From Octopus sinensis (Eukaryota), in the NCBI RefSeq assembly GCF_006345805.1, contig NC_042998.1, positions 2,914,001 to 2,978,000 on the forward strand: a stretch of 64,000 nt of DNA. Direction: 5' to 3'. Shown here in pieces: positions 23,800 to 37,167 of the stretch. The number at the start of each line of letters is the position of its first letter. Position 1 is the stretch's first letter. The position numbers and the translations under genes were made by a program. A model generated the notes under the pieces. It ran no database searches and had not been told where the DNA came from. It saw only the letters and a program-made list of their open reading frames with translations.

Positions 23800-25827
23800 A
23801 GATGAGTTGAAGGAAGGAATGAGCAAAGAAGAAGGAAAATAATTACCAGCATTAAAAAGTGTTAATAAAAGGAAATTTCTAGATATTACTAAGAAAGTAG
23901 ATTCTGTTATCAGTAGGATAGATACTAAAAATATAAGTGACACTTATTGATTTATGGAAGAGGGGTAGTAGTTATTAGTAGATTAGGTATTCTTCAAGGA
24001 AAGAATAAGAAGGAGCAGATGAGGAAAAGGGGATTAGAAAATAAAAGAAGGGTTTAAAAGAAAATCTGAATAGAATAGAAGCCAGGAAACAGAACAAGTT
24101 AGGAAACACAAGATTTAAATCTCCTCTTGAGAAAAGATGCTTAGCCAAATCGAAAGGATTTTTGAGATAGTCATGACAGGGCTGAAACAGGGTACCATAG
24201 CAATAGCAGGTAAGCTTTCCAGGTATCAGAAAAGAGTAAATCAGTATCAACAGAACAGATTGTTAGAAACAAACCAGAGGAGATTTTATCACTAAATAAA
24301 TAGTTGAGAAGAAACTACAAAAGATGAGAAACCTAATGCAGAATAAGCTAGAAAATTCTGGAGTGATATTTCGGATAAGCCAATTAATCATACTGGAAGT
24401 GCAGCACAGTTAAAGAAAGTGGGGTAAGAAGTAGTTAGTGAGAAGCTAAAAGTAGTTAGGGCATTACTGAGTAAAGTGTTAGGATGAATGCTGAATTGGA
24501 AGGGACCAGATTTAGTTCAAGGGTACTTGTTAAAGAAATTTAGTAGCTGACATGGGAGACTGAGGGAACAACTTCAGGATTGCCTGAGTAGAGGATTCAT
24601 GGATCTTTTCACTTTGACCGGGGGAAGGGTATCTTTTTTTCTTCAGAAATGTAAATAAACCCAATCTGTTTCTTAAACGAATATATAATATGTAATGTGT
24701 GTATCTGTGCAACAGAGAGGGAAATTAAAACTGCATATGTTGTGAACTTAGAATATGTGTTTATTAATAAAAGTTTAATAACGATAATCTTTTATTTATA
24801 CGAACGTAACTGATATGAAATATGTCATAAATAACAGTGACAAACTGAGTAGACACCGCAGGAAATTGTCGTTGACTAACTACAGCAGTAATTGTATTCA
24901 CCTCAATAGATGTCATTGATTGGTTGAAACTGCCGAAATGCTAGCTTACAAACTACAGAATTTTCTCAAGAAAGCCAAGAGAAAAAGATGTTTTATGTAA
25001 CACATTCTACCAGTATACGAAGTTTAAAAGTGTTTAGTTACAATGAAATTATTTTTTAAAATCTGCCAGTCAAAGTGAAAAGATCCGGATTCATACCTAA
25101 TTGGATGACTTCGGGGGGAACATACACTTTATGAAAGACAAGCGAGGAACAACTGGATAAAAAGCGAAGATAGACGAAAATGAGGTAGATTTCCAATGTA
25201 GGTTATGTAAATCAAAGGAAGAAAGTGTTACTCATATAGTTATGCTAACACAGAAGGAATACAAGAAAAGACATGACAACCAAGGGAGAATAATCCACAA
25301 GGAATTATGTAGAAAGCTAGGATTTGACCACACGGATAAATGGTATGAGCATAAACCTGGGAAAGTGCTACAAAGTAAGAACTATAAGACATTGAGGGAT
25401 TTTAATATTCAGACTGACAAAGTAGTAGAAGCTAGAAGGTCTGATTTCGTAGACAATGACAATACGTGCCAGGTAATTGACTTTACAGTCTCAAATGCTG
25501 AGAAAGTCAATATGAGAGAAGTATAGAGAAAGTAGCAAAGATGCAGGCCCTAGCCATTGAGTTACAGAGGCTATGGACAGTGCAGGTAAAATGTACCAGT
25601 GTAGTTATAGGTACATTAGGTACTATCCCTAAAGATTTGAACAGATGGATGAAGGAAATGGGCATAAAATCTAGTTTAGTGCAGCTCCAAGAAACAGTAT
25701 TATTAGGGACAGTTAAGATACTTAGAAAGGTTCTTGGTATCTCAGGTTACTTTGTAGTAGCCCAATGTTAGGAATTTTTCCAACAGTCTGATCTGTTGTG
25801 CATGAATGAAAGAATGATAATGATAAT
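23800..25827 (+). mobile_element. Degenerate R4/Dong-type (RLE) non-LTR retrotransposon, interrupted by a MITE
   Basis: Relic frames RYQKRVNQYQQNRL..TNQRRFY, WKGPDLVQGY.LKKF and PNWMT. C-terminal CRLC..KEESVTHIV, YKKRHD, KWYEHKP, DFNIQTDK...ARRSD and VVIGTLG (ORFs 25242..25526, 25541..25771). Confidence 0.82.
24601..25086. mobile_element. Non-autonomous DNA transposon (Merlin-like) with ~21-bp TIRs and an 8-bp TSD
   Basis: TIRs GGATCTTTTCACTTTGACCGG / CCAGTCAAAGTGAAAAGATCC. Perfect TSD GGATTCAT at 24593-24600 and 25087-25094. GG termini with an 8-bp TSD fit Merlin; hAT is not excluded. Confidence 0.85.
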
Positions 25828-26029
25828 TCTTGGGGAGGGGACACAAGGGCCTAAGACATGGAAGACATTATCAGAGGATGAGATACAACACACAAAGAAC
25901 AGATGGGATTTATATCAATCAAAGGGAGGTACTACTATATTAAAGGATGTAACAAAGGATATTTAAATAGAAGTTAGAGAAATAAATAATTAGTAAATAA
26001 ATAGAATCCCTAAGAGTGGGGCAGTCCAT

Positions 26030-26570
26030 TTCAGATAATATGGAGTAAACCCCATGCAAAAGACCTGAATTACTTTGCAATCCACAAGGCTTGGAAAGTG
26101 CCCTCTTCCAGTTTCTTTTCTCCAGCTTAGAAAAACATACTCACAGTAGGTCCATTCAGTCTCACCAGTCCTGTCCCCTTTTGATAAACACACTAGAAGG
26201 AAGCACCTCCCTCTCTACCCTAACCATCATTTTCAAATGATATTTGAAGATATTGATGAGAGCTTGACCAGATAACGAAAAGTGCCTATTTTCAAGCCTT
26301 TCAAAGAAGTCCACCAAACAACCTCTTTTGTCAGAGCCACTAAACAAAGAAAGATTTGCCTTCTACCCATGCTAAAGGAAGGTGGTACATTGATCTTTAC
26401 TAAACACTTGGTGGACAGCTGGATTCGTTTTACACGAGACAGCAACTGCTGAACACAAGCCCACAACTCTCTAATGCACAGATACTGAACAATTGCATGC
26501 AGGATGGTTTTGTCTCCTTGCATGCACCTTGGGCACATTCAGCTGTTGGCACTTCCATGCTTGAAGAGCT
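26030..26570 (-). mobile_element. L1/Tx1-like LINE 3' fragment
   Basis: ORF 26233..26538 begins CPRC.QGDKTILHAIVQ...IRELW, a decayed CCHC zinc knuckle typical of L1/Tx1 ORF2 C-termini. Confidence 0.6.
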
Positions 26571-26811
26571 CAAAGGAGGAGACTAGAAATTTTTTTTTTT
26601 TGAGAGCAAGGGAGTTAATTGATTACATCAACTCCAATACTCAACTGGTACTCATTTTATCAAAAGGATGAAAGACAAAGTTGGCCTCAGAGGAATTTGA
26701 ACTTGAAATGTAAAGATCCAGAAGGAATACCACATAACGTCTTGTCCAACATGCTAAAATACAAACAAAATACAATGTGCCAAATACAGAGAAAAATAGG
26801 AAATAGGTTAC

Positions 26812-27087
26812 CTTCAGGTTTGCTGTGGTCAGAAGGCCAGCCTTCTGTAGAGGCTATGTATTCAAGTGCTTTCCTTAATCTAACATCCAACGTAGAAAGG
26901 TCTTCATTTCCTACAGCTAATTTAGAGCTTTCTTCGTCTGCTTTAGATTCCAGTAATTGCTGAGCCAGATGATGGGCTGAATCATAACAATATTCGAATT
27001 GTCCATTTGCCACACGTTGGTAACAAACCTCCTCTTTTTCATATCTATAGAAGAAGTCAAGGTCTACAAACTCTTTCAAGTTGTGAT
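26812..27087 (-). CDS. AKAP13/ARHGEF28: Coding exon 3 of the AKAP13/ARHGEF28-like gene (DHNLKEFVDL...DSAHHLAQQLL...LSTLDVRLRKALEY...WPSDHSKPE)
   Basis: 276 nt, acceptor tgttgcag, donor G|gtaacc, phases 1 to 1, no stop. Lies inside ORF 26687..27148. Matches the GH..ETV, LA..L and LD..L..AL...W pattern of the AKAP13/ARHGEF28 N-terminus. Confidence 0.88.
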
Positions 27088-27367
27088 CTGCAACAAAACA
27101 ATACAAAAATTTGTAATAAAATATACATACATACATACATACATACATACACTCACATATATATGTTCAAAGACTGTTCGCATAGAAATAAGCAAAACCG
27201 TAAATGAAAAACAAGGTACCTTTTGAAAAGTCACCTGAGTGATGCATCTGCACCTATGAGGTACCACACTTGTTTGTACAGCATCTCATCTACAAGGTGC
27301 CAGTGCATGATGGGCCAAAAGGATCATAGTGAATAAAGAATCTCATGAATTCCACTTCCTCTCACTC

Positions 27368-27428
<61 letters not shown>

Positions 27429-27430
<2 letters not shown>

Positions 27431-28660
27431 AGCTGTAACCAGTGTAAGCTATGGACACATAAAAGGGGCAGCAATATCAAAGGAAGGTTAACTAGGAATA
27501 TAGTTTTTGTGTGTGGCAGATGCACAGGGGCAATAAACACTGAAGATGTGTGGAAAACAGATTCCATCACATGCCAGGGGGAAACAGTAGTAGCTGACAG
27601 CTTCCATTACCTAGGTGACCAAGTCAATAGTGGGGATGGATGCTCTGAGAGCATAGCTGCTTGAATAAGAATAGCTTGGGCAAAGTTCAAAGAGCTCCTA
27701 CCTCTGCTGGTAACAAAGGCCACTCACTCAATGTGAAAGGTAGACTGTATAATGCATGTGCATGAACAGCCATGCTACACAGCAGTGAAACATGGGCCAT
27801 GACTGCTGAAGACATGCATAGGCTCGAAAGAAATTAAGCCAGTATGATCCACTGGATGTATAATGTCAGTGTGCATATATGACAGAGTGTAAGTGCCCTG
27901 AGAGAAAAGTTGGACATAAGAAGCATCAAATGTGGTGTGCAAGAGGCATGACTGCGCTGGTATGGTCATGTGATGTGTATGGATGAGGACAGCTGTGTGA
28001 AAAATGTCACACCCTAACATTGGAGGGAGCCTGTGGAAGAGATAGACCCAAGAACACAAGGGATGAGAGAGTGAAGAACAACCTTCAAACGTTAGGCCTC
28101 ACAGAGGCAATGACAAGCGACCGAGACCTTTGAAGATATGCTGTGCTTGAGAAGATCTGGCAAGCCAAGAGAGATCATAGTTGTGGCCGATGCCAGTGTC
28201 ACATAATTGGTCCATTTAAAAGTACCCTTCAGTCGCCGGGCAATATGCTGTGCTTGAGAAGACCTGTTGAGTCAAATGAAATTGTAGTCATGGCTGATGC
28301 CAGTGCCACCCGACTGGCATGTAAAAAGCAACATTCAAGCATGGCTGATGCCAATGCTGGTGGCACATAAAAAAAAAAAACCATTTAAGTGTAGTCAATG
28401 CCAGTGCCGTCTGAGTGGCTCCCATGCTGGTAGCCTGTAAAAAGCACCATTTGAGCGTGGTTGATGCCAGTTCCACCTGACTGGCATGTAAAAAGCACCA
28501 ACTACACTCTCGGAGTGGTTGGCATTAGGAAGGGCATCCTGCTGTAGAAACTCTGCCAGATCAGACTGGGGCCTGGTGCAGCCTCCTGGCTTCCCAGACC
28601 CCGGTCGAACCATCCAACCCATGCCAGCATGGAAAGTGGACATTCAATGATGATGATGAT
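27429..28660 (+). mobile_element. RTE-clade LINE, 5'-truncated, with tandem-repeat 3'UTR and (GAT)n tail
   Basis: CNQCKLWTHKR.S, FVCGRC, DSFHYLGD and RIAWAKFKELLPLL, then SETWAM, RWYGHV and GR.RPK. Several stops. Inserted in (TA)n. Confidence 0.88.
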
Positions 28661-29600
28661 TGCTTTCTTGGAGATTTTTCTTTTTAAATGTCCACTTCTT
28701 CATGCTCACATGAGACAAATGGAATTTGTTAAGACAAATTTTCTATGGTCAGATGTCCTTCCTGTTGACAACCCTCACCCCTAACCGTATTTATGTTGGG
28801 GTGTGGAGATTGTGCACTTGTATACCATGTTTCTTTTTTGCACGCATTGGACCATGAGCAGACAAGCAGACTTTCTACAGCGTCCTTGTATTTGTCCCAC
28901 CAACACTGTAGCTTGATAACCAGTGTTGGTCTGCTTATGTCCCTGTAACTTAGCAATTCTGCAAAGAGACTGGTAGACTAAGTACTAGATATTAAAAAAA
29001 AAAAAGAAGCATCGGGTTCAATTTGTTCAACTGAAAAACTTCAAGATGATGTCTCAGCATGGCCACCACAGTCCAATGACTGAAGTAAAATATAAATCCT
29101 ATATAAATCCAGAAATTAAAATACAAACCTAATTTAATATCAGAAAATAAATACATCCACAATAAAGTTTTGAAAGCATGGATGATTTGGCAAGATATAA
29201 AGTGTTGAGAAGATATATTCAAAAGAAACGAACGAAAAAGAACAAACATACTGAATCCTAAAGTATTTCGAATAATAGAAGAAAAACACCAAAACAGGTT
29301 ACAGTAATACTAAGGGAAATAACTCTATATATTACTAAACTAGCCTTGTTTCTTTCCCTTTAATGCTTTACCGTTGAAAAAGCAAAAAGTTGGTGAATTG
29401 TTAAGTCCATTAGGTAGACAGAGTATACGAAATGAGTAAAAGGCGCTTCAGACATTCTAGAGTGCAATTTCTAGCCTCGATGATTTTCAAAAATGTTTTC
29501 TATTTCTTTGTATAAATGTTCTGTGGATCACACGCCTTACAAGTGGCCGAAAATTTCACAACTTCTGGAAGGGGTTACACTATTATTCACAGTTATATGA

Positions 29601-29800
29601 AGGTGCAATGGTTCAGTGAGTGGTTAGGGTGTTCGGTTCACGATCGTATGGTCTCCATTCCACTCAGCTGGCAAAAATGAGTTGTTCCTGTAATTCAACG
29701 GACCAGCCTTGTTGCGCCTTATTTCACGAGCAGCAGCCTGTTCCGTTGATCGGGTCAACTGAAACACTCGTCGTCGAAATTGACGGAGTGTCAGTTTTAT
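29601..29800 (+). mobile_element. SINE family C-head copy with a distinct tail
   Basis: gtggttagggtgttcg...cacgatcgta...ccactcagctggcaaaaatgagt followed by a different tail (cgggtcaactgaaacactcgtcgtcgaaattgacggagtg). Confidence 0.6.
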
Positions 29801-29825
29801 ATTCACAGTATAAGCAAACTGCTTT

Positions 29826-30280
29826 CTACACATCTTACTTCCCTGGGCATGGACACATTGAAACTCCGACGTCTGGCAGCTGACTTGGCAGACACCTATG
29901 AAATTATTAACCATCTTACTAACAATAACTCGGAGCACCTTTCAAACTGCACCTGTCTAACACCCGTGGACATGTTTACAAAGTCAGAAAACAGCACAGC
30001 TCCCATGACTTTAGGAAACATTTTTTCCCGCTGAGAGTTGCTGAAGCATGGAACAAACTGCTGGCATCAGTTGTTAGTTGTCGGAGCACTGCATCCTTCA
30101 AAACTTCCATGCTTCCTGAGATTCACCAACACTACACCTGATTTTCTCCCCTCCATACACACGCAAGCATGTATCTGACTCATACACTGTTCACTTCCCA
30201 GACATTTGTACATTACTGCATGTGCTTTATACGCACTTTTGACAAGGTGTGATGCATGCACTGTATACAATAATTTCATT
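29826..30280 (+). mobile_element. CR1/L2-group LINE 3' fragment
   Basis: LTSLGMDTLKLRRLAADL..TY.IIN, then FRKHFFPLRVAEAWNKL..SVV....ASFK after a frameshift. Confidence 0.78.
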
Positions 30281-30771
30281 ATTTTTTTTAATTTCCTATT
30301 TAAAGTCAAAAATGTTTCAACATCATCATCATCATAACCATTCAACATTTGTTTTCTATGCTGGCATAGCTTAGACGGTTTCAGTGGGACTGACAAGCTG
30401 GAGAGCAGCACCAAGCTCCAGTCGTTTGTTTTGGCTTGATTTCTACGGCTGGGTGCCCATCTTCATATCAACCATTCCACAGAGTTACTGGGTGTTTTTT
30501 AAGTGTCACTAGCACAGCCAATGACCACGATTTGTTTAGTTTGACGTATCTTCTCAAGCACAGCCAATTGCCAAACATCTCAGTCACTTGTCATTGCCTC
30601 CGTGAGGCTCAAACAACTAAGCATTATATTTCACCAATCATCCTACGTCTTCCTGGATCAACCCCCATCACAGGTTCCCTCGAGAATTAGAGTTCAGCAC
30701 TTCTTTATGTACCTGTCCTGATCCATATGCAATCCTGAAAAGCGATAGACTCTTCAGAAGACATAGAGTAA

Positions 30772-31591
30772 TCTCTATATATAAAAAGCTGAAGTTGTCT
30801 GTGTGTGGCAGGTTTGGTAGCCTTCAACTAACACTATATCCTCCGAGACCCTGCGGCGCAAGTTGACCAAAATTGAAAGTATGTTCGAAGGCTTCATCAT
30901 CATTCATCATTGTTCGACCGTGGTCGAGACAATGGAATTTACTATGTTACGCCAGACCTCACGGTCCATCATAGCATTACGGAGGTCCTGTTGCTGGATG
31001 CCTGTATCCCTGGAGATTACATCAGGGTAGGAGAGTGTGCGCCCTCTGGTATTGCGAGTAGATGGCTTCCAGAGGAGAAGAGTAGAAATTACTTCTTTTT
31101 CAGCTCTACAACAATGTCCAGCAAACTGGACTCTCCTACCTTTCACAAGAGATGACACAGGTGGTAGTTTCCCATATATTTGCATTTTGGTTGGATGGCG
31201 CTTCCACGAGAGGTTTTGAGCTCTCATAAGGAGGCGAGTGTAGGTTCCATCCAACCACCTCTCAAGCTTCTTTGATAACGTCCAGGTTTCTGAGCCATAT
31301 AGTAGAATTGGTTCGACTGTGGCTTTGCTCTTCCTTCCATAGAAGAAAAAATTCAAATCGGACCTTGTTAACACCAAAAATTATTTACATTAAAAAGGTG
31401 CTTTTTTCCTATGAAAATCCCTATTTTTTCGATTTTTTGACTGCTGTGTCGCAACTTTTTGGTTTATTTCAACCAGAAAAATGTTGACTTAAAGAGAATA
31501 ACAAGCTACATGATGCAAAATTTTTACTTTTCAAAAATTCCAATTCTAAAGGGTCGAAACAAACCCGAGCAACGCTGGGCAATACTACTAG
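30772..31591 (+). mobile_element. Non-autonomous Helitron-like element carrying a nested RTE fragment
   Basis: A|TC 5' end (TCTCTATATATAAAA), subterminal hairpin CCCGAGCAACGCTGGG and CTAG|T 3' end. Confidence 0.75.
30896..31326 (-). mobile_element. RTE LINE 3' fragment with an intact C-terminal frame and (TGA)n tail
   Basis: ORF 30907..31377: ATVEPILLYGSETWTL...LDGTYTRLLMRA.N.SW...RRVQFAGHC.R...AMMDREVWR. Bounded by ggctt on both sides. Confidence 0.85.
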
Positions 31592-32214
31592 TAATGTTAA
31601 AAGACAATTTACATGGGTGCAGGCTATGTGATCAAGAAGCACATTTTGCAACCACATTGTTTCAGGTTCAGCCCCACTGTACAGCACCTTGGACAAATGT
31701 CCTCTACTAACAGCCCCTAGCTAACGAATGCCTTGCAAGTGGATTCAGTAGATGGAGACTGTATGCAAGCCTGTCATATATCATCATCTACATTATTTAG
31801 CATTCGCTTTCCATGCGATCATGGATTGGTAAGCGGCAGGGCTGCTGTGTTGAACTCCCATGTCATCTTTGCCATGGTTTCGACAGCTGGATGCTATTCC
31901 TTATGCCAACCACTTTACAGAGTGTACTGGGTGCTTTTTTTTCATACCACCAGCACTAGTGAGGTTACCATGGAATTTGCAAGACAGAAAAGAACAGGGA
32001 AAAAGTAAAAGAGGAAAAAGCTCACACTACTAAGAGAAATTATTTGAGAGGGGAAGGTCAAAGTGGATGGCTTTTTACCAGGTGTTGAAAGGCTAAAGTC
32101 CTGATAGCAAGACAAGCACAATTCTTTTGCTGTAGAGGAAATACCTGGCTGAAGGAGATAGGAAGAAGGTAGTGATAGGGTGTTAGGGCACTCCATCCAT
32201 GTATGTATGTGTGT

Positions 32215-32288
<74 letters not shown>

Positions 32289-32649
32289 ATGTATGTATGT
32301 ATGTATGTATGTATGTATGTATGTACAGATGTATGTCAGTGTTTGTGTATGCCTCCAAACCATAACCACTTGACAACCAGTGTAAGTTTGTTTACATCCT
32401 TGTATTTTAATGGTTCAGCATAAAAGGTGAATCGAATAAGCGCCAGACGTAAGAAAATAAGTACAACAGCTGATTTGTTTGACCGAGACCTTTTGAGGCA
32501 GTGCCCCAGCATGGACACGGTTCAATGACTGAAACAGCTAAAAGATAAAAGTCATCTGTGTCAATACATGGATATGCTATTCTTGACCCTTAAATTGGTG
32601 TCTTTATGATTAAAATACCTTGATTCAATTAGATCCTGGTCCAACAACT

Positions 32650-33385
32650 GCACTCACGTGGGTGCAGGTGTTGATCATGCTCTCTTCATCTGAGCTCCTG
32701 GCCACAAGTATGTCTATGAATGCATACGTGAAAGGCAAACCTCTGGTAACTGTGTCTATAAACAGTTGGAACGTCTGTGCCACGTTGTGTAAACCGAAAG
32801 GCATATGCAGGAATTCAAACATTCCTAAGTGTCGTGACTGCTGTCTTTGGAATATCTGCAGATTCCACAGGGTTTTGATTGTACGCTCACACAAGGTCAA
32901 TCTTTGAAAAAATACGAGCGCCATGCAGCAAGCTAGAAAAATCCTGTAGATGTGGGACAGGATATGCATCAGTTACAGTGCAGTTATTAGCGATCAATAA
33001 TCATTGCAAACTCGCCAATCGGCTGATGACTTCTTAAGAATGCAGTGTATTGGCAAGGACCAGTTACTGCTGGATGGGAAGATGATTGCGAGGTCCGAGC
33101 ATGTGCTGGAATTCTCACTTGACAGCCTTGAGACAATTTGGTGGTAACCTTTGGGGTCGTGCAGTAACAGGTGGACCATGGGTCTTGATGTGGTGGATGA
33201 CTTCATGTTTCATACACTGACTATGGAATACTGGTCAAGCAATGTCTGAGTATTCTTCAAGGATAGCACTGTGATGGGTTGTTGTTTGCAAAATAGTGGG
33301 GTTGACTATAGCCATACGAGCAGTTATACCACATAAAGTGAGCTGAGTAGTGCTGTCAATAAGTCTTCTGTGTTTGATGTAGTAG
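32650..33385 (-). mobile_element. Ty3/Gypsy LTR retrotransposon pol relic
   Basis: RRLIDSTTQL, SSNWSLPIH.ILKKS..DWRVCNDY, and GMFEFLHMPFGLHNVAQTFQLFIDTVTRGLPFTYAFIDILVA (decayed YIDD). Confidence 0.85.
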
Positions 33386-33697
33386 AAGACACTTGCCCAA
33401 GGTGCCACACAGTAAGGCTGAAGCCAAAACCACATACATAGTTTGGGAGCAAACTTCTTAACCATATGCCTATGCTTTTGCCTAAAACTAATTTTATATT
33501 TAACTCAGAAAATGAGAGAAGAGAGAGAATGTGGTAAAACAAATCAACTTCAATACATTCTACATATTAACTTCATTAACCATTAAGACAAGTAAGTCGA
33601 AATCACATTTATTGGGATTTGAATTTAAACCCTAAAGAAAAAGAAAAAATAAATACTGTATCTGCACCCCTACTTCACAATTTTGTAGAAAAAAATA

Positions 33698-35074
33698 TTG
33701 GGTTGTCCGGAAAGTTTGTGCTGATTTATAGTAGCTTACATTTTGACTTATTTTAGAACATGGAGGAGTCCATAAAATAGGATTTGACTACACCTCCATT
33801 TAGAGCACAGTTTAAGCTATCTTTTCATGTAAGAAGATTGATGTTCCTATAATTTGGAAGTGGTCTAACGATTGGGACCTGTGTCTGAACGTGTCAAAGT
33901 GCTGTCATCTGCCTGTCGGCTCTACTCCTGCAACTCAACTTGATTTCGAGCCGGGTCGTCTGCTGCTGGAGAGGACCGATCAGGTAAAGGACCTAGGTAT
34001 CTTGGTGGATTCCTCCTTTTCGCCTTCGGCCCAGTGCGTCCATGCTGCCAACAAGCACGCGCGGAATTCTGTTCTTGATTCGACGGTCATTCGGAATGCT
34101 CACAGCAGCCATATTCCTACCACTCTATGTCACGCTGGTGAGACCCATATTGGAGTATGGGATTCAAGCCTCTTCTCCTTATCTCCTCAAAGACATACAG
34201 CATCTCGAAAGAGTCCAGCTGCTGGCTACCCGCATGGTTCATGGTCTCAAAAGTTTGTCCTACGAAGAAAGGCTGAGGACGCTCGACCTTTATTCTCTTG
34301 AAAAACGCCGCCGTGGTGATCCGTGGTGATCACATTCACGCCCACAAACATCATAAGCGGAAAGTGTAACCTCTCGAAAGAGCTGTTCTTCACTCCTGCT
34401 CCAGAGCGTCAGCTGCGGGGGTCATTCCGAAAAGCTCTACCTGCGACGATTTCATCTCAATCGAAGGAGAGGAGCTTTCTCCGTCCGATTGCGGATCCAT
34501 GGAACAAGCTGCCAGACGAGATGGTGAAGATGCCGACGACCGCTTTGTTCAAAGCCTCCCTGGACCTCAAGTGGCCTGAACTCTTTACATGAACACCACC
34601 CTGTACTTAACTCCATGTCCCCCTACACGGCCTTGCTATTTGCTTTTGAGCCAAATTAACTAACTAACTAACTAACACATAACCTGTGTTAATTATGTAA
34701 CCCTTTAAAATGGAAGATAAGAAAGTTCATTTTCGGCAATTGATGCTTTGGAACCAGACAAAAATTGCTGCAGCTCAGCTGGGATGTGTTATCCCACCCC
34801 CATATTCATCGATATTGCTCCTTTTCGATTTCACTTATTCAGGTCTCTGCAGAATAGTCATAATGGTAAAAATTTCAATTCTTTGGATGACGTAAAAAGA
34901 TACCTTGATGAATTCTTTGCCATGAAACCACCTCAATTCTGGGAAGAGGGTATTTTCAAGTTAAAGGAAAGATGGAGACGCATTGTGCAACAAAATGGTT
35001 CATATGTAATGGCAAGTATTTATTGACCTTTTTCTTTCCTTTAAAAATCGGCACAAAATTTCCGGACATTCCAA
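33698..35074 (+). mobile_element. Internally deleted mariner with TA TSDs, interrupted by a CR1 copy
   Basis: TIRs TTGGGTTGTCCGGAAAGTTTGTGCTGATTT / AAATCGGCACAAAATTTCCGGACATTCCAA. N-terminal MEDKKVHFR and C-terminal PPYS.DIAP..FHLFRSLQN...FWEEGIFKLKERWRRIVQQNGSY. Confidence 0.9.
33851..34676 (+). mobile_element. 5'-truncated copy of the CR1 LINE family seen at 702-4175
   Basis: Nearly identical to the reverse complement of 702-1507, with the same (TAAC)n tail. Confidence 0.93.
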
Positions 35075-35673
35075 TAAATATGTTCTATTATACATTCTAC
35101 ACTCAGCATCTCATCTGTAATAGAGTCACATTAGAAGCAAAACCATTTTCTTTGTTACATTTAAGAATTAAAAGAAGCGCATCTTATATACACTTATATA
35201 TGGCAATTGAAAGCATTTATTTACATTGTTAGGTACACTAGCACTCTACCACTTCACTTCTTCAACCAATTTAAATATTGACTCTACTATGACAATAGAG
35301 ATAAAAAGATGTTCACGGTATTTCATGCCATGTAAACTATATAATTCTTTGCCTAATAACAAATATTTAAACACGAATATTGAATATTTCTTACTTTCTT
35401 TAAAATGTTTAACAGTGACCAAATATCAATATTTCTATCTCAATGTAAACAAACTGAGACTACTATTTGTGTATTCTTTTATTTGTTTCAGTCATTTCAC
35501 TGTGGCCATGCTGGAGCACCACTTTTAGTCCAAGAAATCGACCCCATGACTTATTCTTTGTAAGCCTAGTACTTATTCTATTGGTCTCTTCTACCAAACT
35601 GCTAAGTTACGGGGATGTAAACACACCAACATCGGTTGTCAAGCAATACAAGCATATACATATATACACACAA

Positions 35674-35716
<43 letters not shown>

Positions 35717-36238
35717 GCTTCTTTCAGTTTCCGTCTACCAAATCCACTCACATACATCCAACAATACATTGCAACATGTTGATTATATATAAAGGAGTCA
35801 TCATCATCATCGTTTAACGTCCGCTTTCCATGCTATCATGGGTTGGATGATTTAACTGAGGACTGGCAAACCAGATGGCTGCACCAGGCTTCAATCTTCA
35901 TCTGGCAGAGTTTCTACAGCTTGATGCCCTTCCTAACGTCAACCACTCCGAGAGTGTAGTGGGTGCTTTTACGTACCACTGGCACAGGGGCCAGTCAGGC
36001 AGTACTGACAACAGCCACACCCAAATGGTGTTTTTTTTATGTGCCACCTGCACAATGTCTATGGGAATGTAGTCCTAAATTCCATAAATTCCACTTGCTT
36101 ATCAATCACATGACTCTGGACTCAGCTGTCAAAGTGTGGCACCTGGATCAAGGTGCTATTCTATGGCATTTTGTTGGCCTAAACCTTGGCAGTCAATTTA
36201 GTAAGCAGAAACTGAAAGAAACTTGTGTATATACATGC

Positions 36239-36276
<38 letters not shown>

Positions 36277-37167
36277 CCCACCACTGTCTGACAACCAGTG
36301 TTTACATCCGTTTACATCTCTATAACTTAGCAGTTCAGCTTTAGAGATCAATAGAATAAGGACCAGGCTTAAAAAGAAAAACACAAAAAAAAACCCCCGT
36401 AAGTACTGAGATAAATTCATTTGACTAAAACCTTTTAAAGCAGAGCCCCAGCATGGCCACACTTCAATGAATGAAAATGATGAAAGATAATAAATCTGCA
36501 GCAACCACATTATTATAATCTATATCCATCCCTCTATTAGGAGAACAAAGCAAAGGCAATTGCCACTTTCAATTGGAGATCAAAAACGTGTCTTCTGCAA
36601 TGATTACACAGTTCAGCTACAGAAAAGCAATTTACAAAACTGCTGGCTTAAAACAAACAGAAACATCAACGTTTTTAATTAGAATCTAACGAAAGAAATT
36701 CCAGACAATTGTACGATTAACTACAACAACCTGATCCATATTTAATTGAGAAAAGATATAAATTACAAGGTTTCAGTAGAAGATTTTATTACCATTTACT
36801 ACAATATCACATTCCAAATGTTACTCCAAGCAGCATCCACTATGAAATAGCAATCTACTATTTATTGCTTTCTGATAATCTCATGGAATACCATGGTTAC
36901 TGACTGTATTCATTAAACTGACAACAAACAACACACAATAGTTGTACTACTATTTTTTTAATCAAACAGTAGCTCTGGTATTCTCTAAAATGATGTCCCT
37001 TTACTCCTACTGCCTCTAATAGTCAACTAACACAGTACTGCTCTAGTGTGGCCACAACTGACAGGCTGATACCAATGCAAGAATAAAAGCAGGCTGTTAG
37101 GCTTTCAGATTTATAATTGCTTTTTTTTTTTTAATGGACTCTTATAAAACAAACAGTATACATAACA

